Position numbers and translations under genes: made by a program. Source: an uncultured virus (IMG/VR IMGVR_UViG_3300006467_000431) (Duplodnaviria > Heunggongvirae > Uroviricota > Caudoviricetes). Taken from it: a DNA stretch of 20,000 nucleotides. Below are positions 17,322 to 20,000 of this stretch, piece after piece. Under the pieces are notes generated by a model. The model made no database searches. It was not told the origin of the DNA and saw only the letters and a list, made by a program, of their open reading frames with translations. The stretch lies in the IMG/VR virus record IMGVR_UViG_3300006467_000431, one strand, 5' to 3'. The stretch's first letter is position 1; each line of letters begins with the position of its first letter.

Positions 17322-17812
17322 CGCTCTCTCATCAGTTCCAGCACGACTTCCAGGTCGCTTTCGGCGCCCTTCAGGTCAAGGTGTCTCACTTGCAGACGGC
17401 CGATCGGCTGATGTCGCTCGGTGAAGAGGGGCGGGCTGGGCGTTCTGCGAAGAAGCCGGTCAAGGTCGCAAGCTTCGAGCTCCTCGACGAGGAGCACAGG
17501 TCTGGAATCACCGGTCAGGTCCAGGGGGTGACCGACCTCTACGATGTCCGCATCCTTGTCATCGGTCCGTCGACGGAGGGTTCGCAGCGTGCCTACCACT
17601 GCTCGTGCGAGGACAGCAAGCGAAGGGGGCGTTGGGTCGGTCCCTGCAAGCACACCCTTGCGCTGACCCGTGTCTGGCGCGATGAGCTCGTCCGTGAGCT
17701 CACCCGTGTGGCAGATCGGCTGGGTCCGATGATGCCCGATACCTGGCGCCAGCATCTTCCGCAGCCGCCCCAGGGGCCCCAGCTGGTCCTGGGCTTTCAG
17801 GAGTCGTCATGA
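17318..17812 (+). CDS. SWIM zinc-finger protein
   Basis: G.VQG...YDVRI followed by CSC-x12-CKH (SWIM CxC...CxH); ATGA overlaps at both ends. Confidence 0.8.
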   Translation: MTLSHQFQHDFQVAFGALQVKVSHLQTADRLMSLGEEGRAGRSAKKPVKVASFELLDEEHRSGITGQVQGVTDLYDVRILVIGPSTEGSQRAYHCSCEDSKRRGRWVGPCKHTLALTRVWRDELVRELTRVADRLGPMMPDTWRQHLPQPPQGPQLVLGFQESS

Positions 17813-18162
17813 GCCTTCTCGATGTGAACCTTGGGGTCATAATCGCCCTGGTTGCACACCGAACCCAGAGGAAGAAGCAGCTGCAGGCCCTACGGGACCG
17901 CGACATCGTGGGCCCGATCCACACCACCATCGGCGTGTACCCGAAGCCCGACCGCTACCTGTGGAAGATCAACGGCGTTGCCGAGGAGTTCCTCGAGGAC
18001 CACATCGCCTACAACAAGAAGTGGCGCTTCGGTCGGGCCCTCTTCGTCGATGGCAAGTGCGTCTACCCGGGACATGTTGCTCAGGAAGACATCGATCGCA
18101 TCGAGGCCGAGCTCGAGGCCGAGCCCATCGTCCGGACGCGCGACACCGCACCGTACGTCTGA
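17809..18162 (+). CDS. Phage-like hypothetical protein
   Basis: ATGA overlap; 117 aa with strong coding bias in the 3' two-thirds. Confidence 0.6.
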   Translation: MSLLDVNLGVIIALVAHRTQRKKQLQALRDRDIVGPIHTTIGVYPKPDRYLWKINGVAEEFLEDHIAYNKKWRFGRALFVDGKCVYPGHVAQEDIDRIEAELEAEPIVRTRDTAPYV

Positions 18163-18175
18163 TGTCTCGAGCTAC

Positions 18176-18211
18176 CTACCGGAAGAGCTACCGGAAGAGC
18201 TACCGGAAGAG
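18176..18211. repeat. Tandem repeat, 3 x CTACCGGAAGAG
   Basis: Three perfect 12-bp units at 18176, 18188 and 18200, preceded by a partial GAGCTAC, between convergent genes. Confidence 0.9.
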
Positions 18212-18228
18212 TCGTGCGACCCTGATCT

Positions 18229-19341
18229 TCAAGCCTTGGGGGCGGCGGTCTCAGGCGCGGAAGCAGCCTGTGTAGCAGGAGCCTTTGCCACTGCCTCTGC
18301 AGCTGCTTTCTTCGCCGCTGCGGCCTGCTCGACAGCCTGTTGCTCGGCAAGCTTCTTCATCAGCCGGGCCTGCACGGCCTGCTTGTGGAAGGCCAGGCGC
18401 TCGGCCTTCTTCATCTTGCCCTTGTGACCCCCCTTCGCAGCTGCTCCGGCGATAGCTGGAATGGCCGAGGCGAGGAGCGGGACGATGAAGGCCAGACCAT
18501 AGCTCTCTTCGTCCGCTCCGTAGTGGCCGGATGCGTGGGCGGCCTTCTTTCGTCGGACGGCGTTGCGCATGACGGCATGGCGCGCGACACTCCCAGCCAC
18601 GGCGGCATGGGCAGCAGGCTGAGCCATGGCACCGGCTGCCATCGTCAGCAGCGGGGCGAACAGCACGCCGTACTGGGTACCGATCGCCTGGTGGGCACGC
18701 TGCAGCTGGACGGTGGCACGCTCCATGGCTCGAGCGGCCTGTAGTTCCAGATCTTCATGCCCCAGCTCTTCGGTGACTGACAGCAGCTCGCCGCTGACAC
18801 GCCCCATGCAGAACTTGACGTTCTCGAGGGCGCGCAGAGCTTCTTGCCGGTCTGCCTGGTCCATCGCGTCCTTCAGCTCATGGGTCGCGACATCCAGATG
18901 CATCACCCAGGGATGGTCTTGTCGACCCTCTGCAGGCACCACGACGCCGAAGGTGTCGGGTGCATCGGTGCGCCAGATCTGCAGCGACATCGTGTCGTAG
19001 CGGAATGAACCCTTTTCGATGGGCTCGATGTGCTTCCAGCTCTCGTGGACGAGCTGCGTTGCTCCTTCGGGTGGGCTGTCGTAGTCGTAGGCCGGCAGCT
19101 GCCTCCGAAGCTCGGACTCCTCGATGTACTGCAGGAGTCGCTCGGGCAGATCTTCACAGATGCTCTGCTCGAAGCGCTCGTTCGACCACGGTCCGACGCC
19201 TCGCTCGAGACACAGCTCGCACCACAGCTCCCGCTGCAGGATGTACGGCCCCACCCGCCAGGTGCGCTTGGCACGAACGGGAGTCGTCACCAGGTCGGAG
19301 ACGATGGCGGCCCCCAAGAACAGAACGGCGAGCTGGATCAT
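18229..19341 (-). CDS. Hypothetical membrane-associated protein with an Ala/Lys-rich tail
   Basis: Start moved to ATG 19341 (GGAGG RBS, ATGA overlap). Hydrophobic N-terminus and two YG-led hydrophobic segments. Confidence 0.65.
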   Translation of the reverse strand: MIQLAVLFLGAAIVSDLVTTPVRAKRTWRVGPYILQRELWCELCLERGVGPWSNERFEQSICEDLPERLLQYIEESELRRQLPAYDYDSPPEGATQLVHESWKHIEPIEKGSFRYDTMSLQIWRTDAPDTFGVVVPAEGRQDHPWVMHLDVATHELKDAMDQADRQEALRALENVKFCMGRVSGELLSVTEELGHEDLELQAARAMERATVQLQRAHQAIGTQYGVLFAPLLTMAAGAMAQPAAHAAVAGSVARHAVMRNAVRRKKAAHASGHYGADEESYGLAFIVPLLASAIPAIAGAAAKGGHKGKMKKAERLAFHKQAVQARLMKKLAEQQAVEQAAAAKKAAAEAVAKAPATQAASAPETAAPKA

Positions 19342-19553
19342 CGCGTGCCTCCAATCAGGACGCCCACGAGGCCCCCCAGCAGGGCCAGGAGCCCCCAGCC
19401 TCCTCCAGAGCCCTGCTCGCTCCGTAGCGCTGCCTGGGCGCACTGCAGCGCGTCCTGACGCCCCATGTGCCACAGGGGGTCGGCCTGGTTGTCCGGCATC
19501 AGCAGATGGATCGTCTGCGGTGCGGTGCGCTGAAATCTACAGCCTACGGCCAT
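19338..19553 (-). CDS. Small protein with a C-terminal TM helix (possibly the 3' remnant of a gene interrupted by the IS)
   Basis: Ends in GWGLLALLGGLVGVLIGG and is coupled to the next gene. The first ATG outside the IS end is 19553. Confidence 0.45.
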   Translation of the reverse strand: MAVGCRFQRTAPQTIHLLMPDNQADPLWHMGRQDALQCAQAALRSEQGSGGGWGLLALLGGLVGVLIGGTR

Positions 19554-19558
19554 GCGGT

Positions 19559-19690
19559 CTGCCTTTCTTGAATTGAGCTCACTACTGAGCTGCTGGTTCA
19601 GATTCACGATTCATCGAGTGAGCAACCTCTCTCTCCTCGTGCGTTCTCGCTCTCTCGAGCGATGGTTTCCCAGTGGCCCTGGGTACCAGG
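19559..19690 (-). ncRNA. Predicted TnpB omegaRNA (reRNA) scaffold
   Basis: Overlaps the tnpB 3' end as expected. Minus-strand hairpins CCCAG-GGCCA-CTGGG, TCGCTC-GAGA-GAGCGA (GNRA loop), CACGA...TCGTG and AGCTCA-GTAG-TGAGCT. Confidence 0.6.
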
Positions 19691-19998
19691 TTCCTTGCCG
19701 CGTTGAGATCTCGGTCCAGAATCAGCCCACACGCGCAGGCATAGGTCCTCAACGACAACGGCATCTCACTCTTCACTTCTCCGCAAGATGAGCACCGCTT
19801 GGTGGACGGATACCAGCGGTCCCAGATCTTCATCTCGACGCCAAACAGCTCCGCCTTGTAGAGAAGCTGACGATGGATCTCCCCCATCGCCACGTCCGAG
19901 ACCGAGCGTGCAAGGGTCGTCCTCTGCATCCCCTTGATGTTCAAGTCCTCCAGTCCGAGCGCTTGGCTCTCGCGCACGATGGAGGTCGTCATCTTGTG
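19582..19998 (-). CDS. tnpB: TnpB RNA-guided endonuclease (IS200/IS605 or IS607 type), 5'-truncated by the window edge
   Basis: HKMTT...LGLEDLNIKGM (RuvC-II Glu), SVSD.AMGE..RQL.YKAE, YPSTKRCSSCG and CACG zinc finger, DRDLNAARNL (RuvC-III Asp). The frame is open to the window end. Confidence 0.95.
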   Translation of the reverse strand, partial: HKMTTSIVRESQALGLEDLNIKGMQRTTLARSVSDVAMGEIHRQLLYKAELFGVEMKIWDRWYPSTKRCSSCGEVKSEMPLSLRTYACACGLILDRDLNAARNLVPRATGKPSLERARTHEEREVAHSMNRESEPAAQ

Positions 19999-20000
19999 GA

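Larger units (their letters stand above)
19559..20000 (-). mobile_element. Right part of a tnpB-encoding insertion sequence
   Basis: tnpB followed by a hairpin-rich end. The boundary is inferred at ...TTCAAGAAAGGCAG (19559) and is uncertain by several nt. Confidence 0.65.

Noticed and set aside
18176..18211. Possible CRISPR mini-array
   Set aside because: The units are 12 bp, directly adjacent, with no spacers and no cas genes.

Overview
GC-rich window with the architecture of a large (possibly jumbo) bacteriophage or phage-like element. It is densely packed with mostly hypothetical ORFs, many joined by ATGA/GTGA start-stop overlaps, and has no housekeeping genes. Recognisable genes are a phage-type C5 DNA cytosine methyltransferase (5546-7168), a HExxH metallopeptidase-like protein, two small winged-helix-like proteins, a block of probable virion/fibre proteins (9074-15158), a PAPS-dependent sulfotransferase coupled to a Gly/Ala-rich fibre-like gene, a GNAT acetyltransferase, a SWIM zinc-finger protein and the 3' part of a tnpB gene with its structured right end/omegaRNA. 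The strongest unannotated signal is a promoter-operator element found three times (1375, 5493, 15261). Each is a sigma70-like -35/-10 pair with an exact 17-bp spacer overlapped by the palindrome TGACACG-N3-CGTGTCA, suggesting an element-encoded regulon. Other leads are the fibre plus sulfotransferase pair, structured leaders ahead of putative virion genes, and short peptide and DNA repeats. All calls come from reading motifs by eye; no searches were run.
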